Origin: Octopus sinensis
Taxonomy: Eukaryota
NCBI RefSeq assembly: GCF_006345805.1
Contig: NC_043024.1
Span: 19,840,001 to 19,904,000 of the forward strand
Direction of reading: 5' to 3'
Length of the DNA: 64,000 bases
A model generated the notes under the pieces. The model did not search any database and was not told where the DNA came from. It saw only the letters and a program-made list of their open reading frames with translations. A program made the position numbers and the translations under genes. This document shows positions 1 through 12,316 of the stretch, in pieces; the first letter of the stretch is position 1; every line of letters begins with the position of its first letter.

Positions 1-1998
1 ATAGCCCAACTAATTAGAGAGAGAGTTAGTTTAGATGAGATGCAGTTGGGTTTGTCCCAGGGAAAAGCACCACTGATGCTATATTCCTGGTAGGCAGCTG
101 CAGGAGAAATACCTAGCCAAAGATAAGCCCCTGTACCTGGCTTTCGTTGACATGGAGAAAGCCTTTGATAGGGTCCCCCGATCCCTCATCTGGTGGTCAA
201 TGAGGAAACTAGGGATAGATGAATGGCTGGTGAGGGCTGTGCAAGCCATGTACAGAGATGCCGTAAGTAAGGTTAGAGTTGGCAGCATGTACACAGAAGA
301 ATTCAAGTAAGGTTGGGGTCCACCAGGGTTCAGTACTCAGCCCTCCTATTTATCATAGTCTCCAGGCAATTGTGGAGGAATTCAAGACAGGTTGCCCCTG
401 GGAGCTCCTCTATGCTGACGACCTCGCTCTAATCGCTGAGTCAACTATCAGAACTGGAGGAGAAGTTCCAGGTGTGGAAGGAGGGTTTTAGAATCGAGGG
501 GCCTTAGAGTCAACCTAGCTAAAAACCAAAGTACTAATAAGTAGAAAGTTAGAAAATCCACAAATATCCTCAGGAAGATGGCCCTGCTCGATCTGTAGAA
601 AAGGTGTAGGTAGAAACTCTATAAGATGTACCCAGTGTAAGCTATGGACACATAAGAGGTGGCAGCAATGTCAAAGGTAGGCTAACTGGGAAGATAGTTT
701 TGTATGTGGCAGATGCCTCTGGAGCATTGACCTCCGAAAATCTGCAGAAAACAACTTCCGTCACTTTCCGGGGGAAAAAACTAGAAGTAGTTGATAGCTT
801 CCGCCTATCTAGGTGACCAAGTCAGTAGTGGGGGCGGGGTGCGCTGAAAGTGTAACTGCTAGAATAAGAATAGCCTGGGCAAAGTTAGGGAGCTCTTACC
901 TCTGCTAGTAGTGACTAAAGGCCTCTCGCTCAGAGTAAAAGGCAGACTGTATGATGCATGTGTACGAACAGCTATGCTACATGGCAGTGTGAAACATGGG
1001 CGTGACTGCTGAGGACATGCGTAAGCTTGTGAGGAACGAAGCCAGTATGCTTCGATGGATGTGTAATGTCAGTGTACTTACTCGACAGAGCGTTAGTACT
1101 TGAGAGAAATGTTTTACCCTAAGAAGCATCAGTCGTTGTGTGCAAGAGAGACCATGCGCTGGTATGGTCATGTGGCGAGAATGGATGAAGATAGGTGTGT
1201 GAGAAAGTGCCAATCCCTAGCAGTTGAGGGAACCCGTGGAAGAGGTAGACCCAGGAAAACCTGGGACGAAGTGGTGAAGCACGACCTTCGGACGTTAGGT
1301 CTCACCATGGAAATGACTAGAGACGAGACCTATGGAAGTATGCTGCGTGTGAGAGAGAGACCCGGCAAGACAGTGAAGCCATAATCCGTGGCCCCTACCT
1401 GGGACGTAGTCAGTCCACCTGTGCACTTCCTTCTTGTGACACTGTTGAAGACCTGTTGAGGCAGTGAGAATCGAATCGAATCAAATCAAATCAAATCGAA
1501 CCAAATCAAAATAGATGACATCAATGGAATTTGTATCCTGTGGGTACCAGTGCCGGTGGCACATAAGAAAACCATCCGAACGTGATCGTAGCCAGTACCG
1601 CAATGACTGGCCTCCGTGCTGAGGGCACGTAACAAACACCATCCGAGCGTGGCGTCCCGCCAGCCCCGTCTGGCACCTGTGTCGGGTGACACATAAGAAA
1701 ACACCATCCGAGCATGGCCGTCAGCCAGCCTCGTCTGGCACCTGTGTCCGGTGGCACATAAAAAACACCATCCGAGCGTGGCCGTCTGCCAGCCTCGTCT
1801 GGCACCTGGTCGGTGGCACATAAAATCACCCACTACACTCTCGGAGTGTGGTTGGCGTTAGGAAGGGCATCCAGCTGTAGAAATACTGCCAGATCTGACT
1901 GGCCTGGTGCAGCCTTCGGGCTTGCCAGACCCCAGTTGAACCGTCCAACCCATGCTAGCATGGAAAGCGGACGTTAAACGATGATGATGATGATGATG
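1..1998 (+). mobile_element. RTE-clade LINE, 3' part (RT domain, C-terminus, 3' UTR, (GAT)n tail); frameshifted, 5' end outside window
   Basis: Manual translation across frameshifts gives RT motifs FVDMEKAFDRVP, VGVHQGSVLS, LLYADDLALIAES and the RTE-type C-terminus RWYGHVARM...GRGRPRKTWDEVV (ORF 1100-1384). The 3' UTR has about 60-bp internal repeats (1555-1820) and ends ...CGGACGTTAAAC(GAT)n. Confidence 0.93.
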
Positions 1999-2217
1999 AT
2001 ATATATATATATTAGACTGTGGTCATGCTGGGACAGCACCTTGCTGAATTTTTTTTCAAATGCATCAACACCCGTATTTCTTTTTAAAAAGGTACTTATT
2101 TCATCTTTCTTTTTTGCCGAACCACTAAGTTATGGGAGTGTAAACATACCAACACCGGTTGTCAAGCAGTGATGGGAGAAGAAACAAGGGCACAAAGACA
2201 CACACACATAGATATAT

Positions 2218-2595
2218 ATATATTTCTTTATTGTCCACAAAGGGCTAAACAAAGAGGGGACAAACAAGGACAGACAAACGGATTAAGTCGATTACATCGA
2301 CCCCAGTATGAAAATGGTACTTTATTTATCAACACCGAAAGGATGAAAGGTAAAGTCGACCTCGGTGGAATTTGAACTCAGAATGTAACAACAGACGAAA
2401 TACCTATTTCTTTACTATCCACAAGGGGCTACACAGAAGGGACAAACAAGGACAGACAAACGGATTAAGTGCATAACTGGTACTTAATTTATTGACACCG
2501 AAAGGATGAAAGGCAAAGTTGCCCTCGGTGGAATTTGAACTCAGAATGTAACGACAGACGAAATACCATTAAGAATTTCGCCCGGCGCACTAATG
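2218..2595 (-). mobile_element. tRNA-derived SINE family A, 2-unit tandem
   Basis: Reverse complement of the recurrent body TTCTGAGTTCAAATTCCGCCGAGGTCGACTTTGCCTTTCATCCTTTCGGGGTCGATAAA; two head-to-tail units. Confidence 0.85.
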
Positions 2596-3062
2596 TGTCT
2601 GCCAGCTCACCACCTTTACACACATAGATATATGAATACAGGTATACAACAGGCTTCTTTCAGTTTCTGTCTACCAAATCCACTCACAAGGCCTGAAGCT
2701 ATAGTAGAAAACACTTGCCGAATGTGCCACGCTATGGAACTGAACCTGGAACCATGTGGTTTGGAAGCAAACTTGTACTGACATCTTTAAGTAAGCGCTA
2801 ATGTAGGCACAACCCAGTTGAAGATCTTTGGAGGACCTTTGGAAGCATGGCAGTGGTAAAGCGTCAGAACGTAACAAAGGAGGATAAAAGCATATAAGTT
2901 TTGTATTACCATTCTGCATTGAAACTCTAAACCATTCTTTCTCTTGTTGCAATATAATTCTTGGCAGTTCCGATACATTTTAACACTTCCTATCAGCTTA
3001 GCCATCTCCGCTGATGTTGAAACAAATTGAAATTGAATTTGTCTGAATGCTAAATGGGTTTC

Positions 3063-3332
3063 ATTTTGATCATTATCATCGGATATGTCATCGTCATCAC
3101 CATCACCATGATGATGATCATCATCATCACCACCAGCACCATCATCATCATCATCACCATCATCATCACTATCATCATCATCATCATCATCACCATCATC
3201 ACCATCATCATCGTCACCATCATCATCACCATCATCATCACCATCACCATCATCATCATCATCACCATCATCATCACCATCATCATCATCATCACCAACA
3301 TCACCAACATCATCATCATCACCATCATCACC

Positions 3333-3381
<49 letters not shown>

Positions 3382-3584
3382 CCAACATCACCATCATCAT
3401 CACTATCATCATCATCATCATCATCACCATCATCACCATCATCATCGTCACCATCATCATCACCATCATCATCACCATCACCATCATCATCATCATCACC
3501 ATCATCATCACCATCATCATCATCATCACCAACATCACCAACATCATCATCATCACCATCATCACCATCATCATCGTCACCATC

Positions 3585-3615
<31 letters not shown>

Positions 3616-4080
3616 CCAACATCACCATCATCATCATCATCACCATCATCACCATCATCATCGTCACCATCATCATCATCATCATCACCATCATCACCAT
3701 CATCATCATCATCACCATCATCATCACCATCATCATCATCACCATCATCACCACCATCATCATCAACATCATCATCATCAGTCATCTTTGTCAACATCAA
3801 TATTGTCAACATCATCAATCATCATTGCTGTCCATCACTACCAACATCTTCATCATCTTTGGTATCATCGTCAATCATCACCGTTGTCATTGCTTTTGTC
3901 ATCTCCATCATGGTTATCATCATCATCATCACTGCCATCGTTCTTACCATAACAGTCATCATTATCAGTATCGATGATGTCATCATCATCATCATCATCA
4001 CCTTGATCAGCATCATGAGCAATAATATTGTCATCATTTTACTATCATAGTTTTCAAAAGCATCATCACCATCACTACAA
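3063..4080. repeat. Compound (CAT/CAC)n microsatellite with 234-bp higher-order duplication
   Basis: Trinucleotide array; rare variant landmarks recur exactly 234 bp apart (CACT at 3167/3401, ACCAACA at 3294/3528). Confidence 0.95.
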
Positions 4081-4084
4081 TCAA

Positions 4085-4545
4085 CATCTTCTTCTTCTTC
4101 TTCTCCTCCTCCTCCCCCCCTCATCCTCATCCTCCCACTCCTCCTCATTCTCTTCCTCCTTCTCCTTTATCTTCTTTTACTCCTCCTTCTCCTCTTTCTC
4201 TTCCTCCTTCTCCTCCTCCTCTTTCTCTTCCTCCTTCTTCTCCTCCTCCTCCTCCTCCTCCTTCTTCTTCTTCTTCTTCTCCTCCTCCTCCTTCTCCTCC
4301 TCCTCCTTTTTATCCTCCTCCCCTCTTCTTCACATTCTTCTCCTCCTCCCCCTCCTCCCCCTCCTCATTCTCTTCCTCCTCCTTTATCTTCTCTTCCTCT
4401 TTCTTCTTCTTCTCCTTCTCCCCCTCCTCTTTCTCTTCCTCTTTCTTCTTCTTCTCCTCCTTCTGTCTCCTCCTCCCCCTCCTCCTCCTCCTTCTTCTTC
4501 TTCTTCTTCTTCTTCTTCTTCTTCTTCTTCTTCTTCTTCTTCCTC
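4085..4545. repeat. (CTT/CTC)n polypyrimidine microsatellite
   Basis: Directly visible pyrimidine trinucleotide tract ending in pure (CTT)n. Confidence 0.95.
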
Positions 4546-5415
4546 CACTGCACAATGTATCATGTTGCTGTAAATTCCAGTCATTCGTCTCCATGACATC
4601 AGGGAAGAAAGTATCTGCATGAGTATTTAACCAACATGCTAGAAATACCAGTCAAAATTCCCATTTTCCTTTTTCTTTCATATTGATGTAACCAAGATGT
4701 TGCACCAACCAATATATTCAGAATATCTGATATTGAAGGGAAGAACCCTACCACTGTTAACTGTACCCCAAAGGACCTGTTTTCGTTTTTAAAATTCTTG
4801 TTATAGCTTAGTCAGGAGGGAAGGGCAGTAACCCTAGCCCCTTGCCCTTTACAGGGTTTCCAAGACTGGTGGAAGAGAAGGGGGATGGTAGGAAGAATAT
4901 ACCTACTTATGACTGTCAGGATCTCTAGGACTTGGTTTCCATGGCATGTAAGTAACCTAGATTACAACACTCCCCACTGGGATGGGATGCCAATCTACAG
5001 TAAGGGTTAACTTCTCCAGCTATTGCTGGGATTCATTTACAGCTGAGTGGACTGCAGCAATGTGAAATGAAGTGTTTAGCTCAAGAATACAATGGACTGG
5101 CCTAGTCCAGGAACTGAAAACCACAGGGACCAAGAACTCATAAGGCCCGAGACTAAACTGGTTTCTATGGCATGTAAATGTATTTCTTTACTGCCCACAA
5201 GGGGCTAAAGGGGATGTAAATGACCAGCATCACAACAGTGTTTCCCCAACAGAAGGGGACACCAGTCTGTTGAAGGGTTAACGGCTGAGAGGAGTAGAGC
5301 AGCATGATATGAAGTGAATACAATGGACTGACTGGTCCACAAATTGAAACCTTGATCTTGTAATCATGAATGCAGCTCCCTAACCACTAGGCCACATAGC
5401 CTTACTGAGAGAGGA

Positions 5416-6028
5416 AGGTATTCAAGGCGGTGAGCTGGCAGAATCGTTAGCATGCCGGATGAAATGCTTAGCGGTATTTCGTCTGTCGCTACGTTCTGAG
5501 TTCAAGTTCCACCAAGATCGACTTTGCCTTTCATCCTTTCGGGGTCGATAAAATAAGTACCAGTTACACACTGGAGTCGATATAATCGATTTAATCCGTT
5601 TGTCTGTCCTTGTTTGTCCCATCTGTGTTTAGCCCCTTGTGGGTAGTAAAGAAATAGGTATTTCGTCTGTCACTACGTTCTGAGTTCAAGTTCCGCCGAG
5701 GTCGACTTTACCTTTCATCCTTTCGGGGTCGATAAATTAAGTACCAGTTATGCACTGGGGTCAATATAATTGACTTAATCCGTTTCTCTGTCCTTGTTTG
5801 TCTCCTCTGTGTTTAGCCCCTTGTGGGTAGTAAAGAAATAGGTATTTCGTCTGTCACTACGTTCTGAGTTCAAGTTCCGCCGAGGTCGACTTTACCTTTC
5901 ATCCTTTCGGGGTCGATAAATTAAGTACCAGTTATGCACTGGGGTCAATATAATTGACTTAATCCGTTTCTCTGTCCTTGTTTGTCTCCTCTGTGTTTAG
6001 CCCCTTGTGGGTAGTAAAGAAATAGGTA
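5416..6028 (+). mobile_element. SINE family A, 3-unit tandem
   Basis: tRNA-like head AAGGCGGTGAGCTGGCAGAATCGTTAGC with B box GAGTTCAAGTTCC, followed by two headless 184-bp units starting GGTATTTCG at 5657 and 5841. Confidence 0.9.
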
Positions 6029-6326
6029 TTCTCATGCCAAAGACCTAGCCTGAATGCTTGCAACACAGTGGTCCCCACTGTAGTCATCCCAGGTGCCTGA
6101 AGGTAGTGCTGTTAAACTTGGTGACGGATGAGGTCAGCTACCCAGGGAGCTCGCATGGGATTTAAATTCGGAGCACCGACAACTGGAGCAGATACTGAGA
6201 TGCATCCGCAACCAATACTCAGTCTTGTCATTCTACCATTCTGGATGGGTTCTTCAAGTTATGTGAAGGCACATGGCCTAAAAAAGCAAACACTGGTCAC
6301 TAGACTGGGGCAAGATATTTGGGAAA

Positions 6327-7727
6327 ATTAGGCGGCGAGCTGGCAGAAGCATTAGCACGCCGGGCAAAATGCTTTGTGGTATTTCATCCGCCACTGCATT
6401 CTGAGTTCAAATTCCGCCAAGGTAGACTTTGCCTTTGATCCTTTCGGGGTCGATAAATTAAATACCTATTTCTTTACCACCCACAAGGGGCCAAACACAG
6501 ACAGGACAAACAAACGGATTAAGTTGATTACATTAACCCCAGTGTGTAACTGGTACTTATTTAATTGACTCTGAAAGGATGAAAGGCAAAGTCAACCTCG
6601 GTGGAATTTGAACTCAGAATGTAACGGCAGATGAAATACTTATTTCTTTACTACCCACAAGGGGCTAAACACAGACGGGACAAACAAGGACAGACAAACG
6701 GATTAAGTCGATTACATTGACCCCTGTGTGCAACTGGTACTTATTTAATCGACCCCGAAAGGATGAAAGGCAAAGTTGACCTCAGAAGAATTTGAACTCA
6801 GAACGTAACGGCAGATGAAATACTGCTAAGCATTTTGCTCGGCATGCTAACGTTTCTGCCGGCTCGCTGTTTTATTAAATTAAATACCAGTGACGCGCTG
6901 GGGTCGATAAATTAAATACCTACTTCTTTACTACCCACAAGGGGCTAAACACAGACGGGACAAACAAGGACAGACAAATGGATTAAGTCGATTACATCAA
7001 CCCCAGTGTGTAACTGATACTTATTTAATCGACCCTGAAAGGATGAAAGACAAAGTCGACCTCGGTGGAATTTGAACTCAGAATGTAACGGCAGATGAAA
7101 TACTGCTAAGCATTTTGCCCGGCATGCTAACAATTCTGCCAGCTCGCTGCCTTATTAAAATTAAATACCAGTGACGCAGTGGGGTCGATAAATTAAATAC
7201 CTACTTCTTTATTACCCACAAGGAGCTAAACACAGACGGGACAAACAAGGACAGACAAACGGATTAAGTCGATTACATTGACCCCACTGTGTAACTGGTA
7301 CTTTATTTATCGACCCTGAAAGTATGAAAGGAAAAGTCGACCTCGGCTGAATTTGAACTCAGAATATAGCGGCAGATGAAATACCTATTTCTTTACTATC
7401 CACAAGGGGCTAAACACAGAGAGGACAAACAAGGACAGACAAATGGATTAAGTCAATTTCATCGACCCCAGTGTGTAACTGGTACTTATTTAATCGACCC
7501 CGAAATGATGAAAGGCAAAGTCAACCTCGGCGGAATTGGAACTCAGAACATAACGGCAGATGAAATACTGCTAAGCATTTCGCCCGGCATGCTAACAATT
7601 CTGCCAACCCACTGCCTTATTAAATTAAATACCAGGGACGCACTGGGGTCGATGTAATTGACTTAATCCGTTTGTCTGTACTTGTTTGTCCCCTCTATGT
7701 TTAGCCCCTTGTGGGCAATAAAGAAAT
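6327..7727. mobile_element. SINE family A (+) interrupted by an antisense family A array
   Basis: + strand head (about 6330-6460) and tail (about 7620-7727) separated by - strand units; outer 15-bp direct repeat AAGATATTTGGGAAA at 6312-6326 and 7728-7742. Confidence 0.85.
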
Positions 7728-7784
7728 AAGATATTTGGGAAATATGTGAAACAGGGATGTAAAATTAGAAAAAGGTTTTTGCCA

Positions 7785-7862
7785 AACCGCTAAGTGATGG
7801 GGACATAAACACACCAGCATCGGTTGTCAAGCAATGCTAGGGGGACAAACACAGACACACAA

Positions 7863-7893
<31 letters not shown>

Positions 7894-8057
7894 CATATAT
7901 ACGACGGGCTTCTTTCAGTTTCCGTCTACTAAATCCACTCACAAGGCTTTGGTCGGCCCGAGGCTATAGTAGAAGACACTTGCCCAAAGTGCCACGCAGT
8001 GGGACTGAACCCAGAACCTTGTGGTTGGTAAACAAGCTACTTACCACACAGCCACTC
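7785..8057 (-). mobile_element. tRNA-derived SINE family B (CORE-like), 5' part
   Basis: Reverse complement of head GAGTGGCTGTGTGGTAAG...GGTTCAGTCCCACTGCGTGGCACTTTGGGCAAGTGTCTTCT with internal (TA)/(TG)n. Confidence 0.85.
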
Positions 8058-8419
8058 TACGGTTATAGAATATTTTGCCATAAACAGTTCCACTGTAGGA
8101 AAATTCACCAAAAGAAATTTCGTATTAAATTACTTCATCATGAAGTTTTTAATGTTTGTCATTGAAGAAAGACTTGCCAATTTAATGCTGTAATAAAACA
8201 TTTTATCGTTCTTTTATTTCTCTGTTTTCAAAAATACTGGTATAATGCTGTTGGCACAACTGTGGCTGTGTGGTAAGAAGCTTGCTTCCCAACCACATGG
8301 TTCCAGGTTCAGTCTCACTGTGTGGCACCATAGGCAAGTGTCTTCTGCTATAATCTTGGGCCAACAAAAGCCCTGTGGGTATCTTTGGTAGATGGAAACT
8401 GAATGAAGCCCATCTTATA

Positions 8420-8745
8420 TATGGAAGTACTCCGTCAGTTACGACGACGAGGGTTCCAGTTGATCCGATCAACGGAACAGCCTGCTCGTGAAATTAACGT
8501 GTAAGTGGCTGAGCACTCCACAGACACGTGTACCCTTAACGTAGTTCTCGGGGATATTCAGCGTGACACAGAGAGTGACAAGGCCAGCCCTTTGAAATAC
8601 AGGTACAACAGAAACAGGAAGTAAGAGTGAGAGAAAGTTGTGGTGAAAGAGTACAGCAGGGATCACCACCATCCCCTGCCGGAGCCTCGTGGATCTTTTT
8701 AGGTGTTTTTGCTCAATAAACACTCACAACGCCCGGTCTGGGCCA
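8420..8745 (-). mobile_element. SINE body related to the 37647 element, head truncated
   Basis: Reverse complement shares GACCGGG.GTTGTG.GTGTTTATTGAGC.AAAACACCTAAA...GGTGGTGATCCCTGCTGTACTCTTTC with 37715-37805, then continues into a different 3' domain. Confidence 0.7.
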
Positions 8746-8934
8746 TCTTATACATACATATTCTTTGTCTGGGAAGCAAACTTCTTACCACACAGCCATA
8801 TCTACACCTATGCCTATACATATATATAAAATTCAACTTGTGTGTCTGTGTGTGTATCTGTGTGTGTGTCTGTGTGTTTAACTTTTGGATCTACCAAGTT
8901 TCATTATTAAGGATGGAAAGTAGTGTGTAGCAAA

Positions 8935-9329
8935 TCTATATATATAAAGCTGAAGTTGTCTGTGTATGGCAGGTTTGGTAGCCTTCAACTAACACTATCT
9001 CCTCTGAGACCCTGCGGTGCAATTTGACCAAAATTGAGAGTATGATAGAAGAAGGCTTGCTCTTCCTTTCGTAGAAGAAAAATTCAAATCGAACCATGTT
9101 AACACCAAAAATTATTTACATCAAAAAGGTGCTTTTTTTCTATGAAAATCCCTATTTTTTACGATTTTTTGACTGCTGTGTCGATATTTTTTGGTGTATT
9201 TCAACCAGAAAAATGTTCACTTAAAGAGAATAACAAGCTACATAATGCAAAATTTTTACTTTTCAAAAATTCCAATTCTAAAGGGTCGAAAAGAAAACAA
9301 ACCCAAGCAATGCTGGGCGATACTGCTAG
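8935..9329 (+). mobile_element. Non-autonomous Helitron, complete (395 bp)
   Basis: A|TCTATATATATAAAG 5' end, subterminal hairpin CCCAAGC-AAT-GCTGGG (9302-9317), CTAG|T 3' end, no TSD. Confidence 0.85.
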
Positions 9330-9526
9330 TTAGTAGATAAGTGTATTTATGTACTTCAAAAGTTTCTTTTCCCCTTTTTATATTCCCTAGAAAACCCACG
9401 TTTTTAAATTCCAGGTTCTCATCTTCCCACATTTTATACAAACTTGGTAAAAATTTGGAAACATTTTCTAAATAACTTTATTGCCCAAACATTGAATTAT
9501 CTGAAAATTTCTTTATTTCTTTTCAG

Positions 9527-9648
9527 CCGCCAAACATTGAAAAGCAAAACAGCAAAATATCCTCCTACGTGGTTGAGATCTCGAAACCTGGAGGAACGAA
9601 AGATATTTACATTGTCCATGATGAGAAAGGATTGTCGAAACATCCAAA
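9527..9648 (+). CDS. Internal coding exon, middle of a fibronectin type III domain (cell-surface receptor/adhesion-type protein)
   Basis: Acceptor TTCTTTATTTCTTTTCAG|, donor AA|GTCAGT; open frame PPNIEKQNSKISSYVVEISKPGGTKDIYIVHDEKGLSKHP(K) fits the FN3 'PP...N..I..Y.V' segment; phase 0 to 2. Confidence 0.78.
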
Positions 9649-9776
9649 GTCAGTTTTCCATAAAACGATTGGGTGAGTGAACCGAATTCTTTGTATTTTA
9701 TCCTTGTCTTTTACTTCCCTATTATCTTCATATTTTCCCCTTTTCTTTCCCTTAATCTTTGAATGCAGCTGTATAT

Positions 9777-10697
9777 ATTTCTTTATTGCCCACAAGGGGT
9801 TAAACATATAGGGGACAAAGAAGGACAGACAAACGGATTAAGTATATTACATTTGGTAGCCTTCAACTAACACTATCTCCTCTGAGACCCTGCGGTGCAA
9901 GTTGACCAAAATTAAGAGTATGATAGAAGAAGGCTTGCTCTTTTTTCCATAGAAGAAAAAATTCAGATCGAACCATGTTAACACCAAAAATTATTTATCC
10001 CAGTACGTAACTGGTACTTTATTTATCGACCCCGAAAGGATGAAAGGCAAAGTCGACCTCAGCGGAATTTGAACTCACAACGTAACGACAGACGAAATAT
10101 CTATTTCTTTACTACCCACAAGGGGCTAAACATAGAGGGGACAAACAAGGACAGACAAAGGGATTAAGTTGATTACATCGACCCCAGTGCGAAACTGGTA
10201 CTTTATTTATCGACCCCGAAAGGATGAAAAGTAAAGTCGACCTCGGCGGAATTTGAACTCATAACGACAGACGAAATACTATTTCTTTACTACCCACAAG
10301 GGGCTAAACACAGAGAAGACAAACAAGGATAGACAAACGGATTAAGTCGATTACATCGACTCCAGTGTGTAACCGGTACTTTATTTATCGACCCCAAAAA
10401 GATGAAAGGCAAAGTTGACCTCAGTGAAATTTGAACTCAGAATGTAACGGCAGACGAAATACCTATTTCTTTACTACCCACAAGGGGCTAAACATAGAAG
10501 GGACAAATAAGGACAGACAAATGGATTAAGTCGATCATAGTAACCCCAGTGCATAACTGGTACTTATTTAATCAACTCCAAAAGAATGAAAGGCAAAGTC
10601 AACCTCGGCGGAATTTGAACTCAGAACGTAACGGCAGACGAAATACCGCTAAGCATTTTGCTCGGCATGCTAACATTTCTGCCAGCTCGCTGCTTTT
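9777..10697 (-). mobile_element. SINE family A, 4-unit tandem
   Basis: Four head-to-tail units, only the rightmost with a full head; AGCTGTATA direct repeat on both flanks; first unit interrupted at 9852-9997. Confidence 0.88.
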
Positions 10698-11111
10698 AGT
10701 GAAGCTGTATAGGGGGTACCCTCTTAAGGATTCAATCAAACAAATCGATCCCAATGCTCTTATCCTAGACTTGTTTCAGTTATTAGACTGTGGCCATGCT
10801 GGAGCACTACTTTGAAAAAATTTTTTGGTTGAATAAATTGACCCCACTACTTATTTATTTGCTAAGTCTGGTTACATATTCTATCGGCCCCTTTGCCTGA
10901 ATTGCTAAGTTACAGAAGATGTAAACTCACCAGCACTAGTTGTTGAGCAGTGAAGGAGGACAAATAGAGACACACACACATGTATATATATATCATGTGA
11001 TCACTTGACTGATCAAGCTATCAGATATTCTTACATATTGCTGATCACAATGCATTTTTGCATTGGTTTAGCCTTTAAATGATGCCACCCTGTTGGCTAG
11101 GTGAGCAGGTC

Positions 11112-11148
<37 letters not shown>

Positions 11149-11149
11149 T

Positions 11150-11458
11150 ATGGCATGTAAAAAGCACCATCCGAACGTGGCCAATGCCAGCGCCGCATAG
11201 ACTGGCTTCCATGCCAGTGGCACATAAAAAGTACCAACCAGTCGTGGCTGGTGCCAGCCTCCTCTGACACCTGTGCTGGGGGCATGTAAAAAGCACCCAC
11301 TACACTCTCGGAGTGGTTGGCGTTAGGAAGGGCATCCAGCTGTAGAAACACTGCCAGATCAGACTGGAGCCTGGTGCAACCTCCTGGCTTCCCAGACTAC
11401 GGTCGAACCATCCAACACATGCTAGCATGGAAAACAGACGTTAAACTATGATGATGAT
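11150..11458 (+). mobile_element. RTE 3'-tail element (5'-truncated LINE or tail-sharing SINE)
   Basis: Matches the 3' UTR of the LINE at 1520-1998 (CCCACTACACTCTCGGAGTGGTTGGCGTTAGGAAGGGCATCCAGCTGTAGAAA ... (GAT)n). Confidence 0.85.
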
Positions 11459-11869
11459 ATGTGTATGTATATATATATATACAATATATATATATACGAT
11501 GGGTTTCATTCAGTTTCTGTCTGCCAAATCCTCTCAAAAGGCTTTGATCATCCCAAGGCTATAGTAGAAGAAACTTGCCCAAGATTCCGCACAATAGGAC
11601 TGAACCTAGAACCATGTGGTTAGGAAGCAAGCTACTTACCACACACCATACCTACTTATAATTTTTTGTTTTCATGTCAAGTGGTTTGGGATGAGAGAAC
11701 AAATATCCAGGCACACACACACACACACACACACACACCACACATTATGTATGTATGTCATTGTTCAGTTTTATTTCTAGATTTCTTGCCAATAAAGAAA
11801 GAGCTGATTTCTAACCTAGATTCAAGACTCCTTCATTGCAATTTTAACATCAACAACACAGTATTTCTG

Positions 11870-12316
11870 CTTGTATGTATGTATGTACGTATATGTATGT
11901 ATTATGTGTATGTATGTATGTATGTGTGTGTGTATGTATGTATGTATGTATGTACGTATATGTATGTATTATGTGTATGTATGTATGTATGTATGTGTGT
12001 ATGTATGTATGTATGTATGTATGTATGTATGTACGTATGTATGCATGCATGCATGTATGTATATATGCATGCATGCATGGATGTATGTATGTTTGTATAT
12101 ATGCATGTATGTATGCATGTATGTATGTATGTATGTATATATGTATGCATGCATGTATGTATGTATATATGCATGTATGTATGAATGCATGCATGCATGT
12201 ATGTATGTATGTATGTATGTTTGTGTGTATGTATGTATGTATGTATGTATGTATGTGTGTATGTATGTATGTGAGTGTGTATGTATGTATGTATGTATGT
12301 ATGTGTGTATGTATGT
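11870..12316. repeat. (TATG)n compound microsatellite
   Basis: Directly visible; abuts the 3' end of the R4-like LINE. Confidence 0.95.

Noticed and set aside
2787-4620. Long Asp/His/Met/Ile/Ser/Glu-rich ORFs (up to 343 aa)
   Set aside because: All frames read through trinucleotide microsatellites; open on both strands with no domain or splice evidence.
4560-4780. Possible upstream FN3 exon (IRLHDIREESI or DVAPTNIFRISD frames)
   Set aside because: No conserved Trp and no phase-0 donor.
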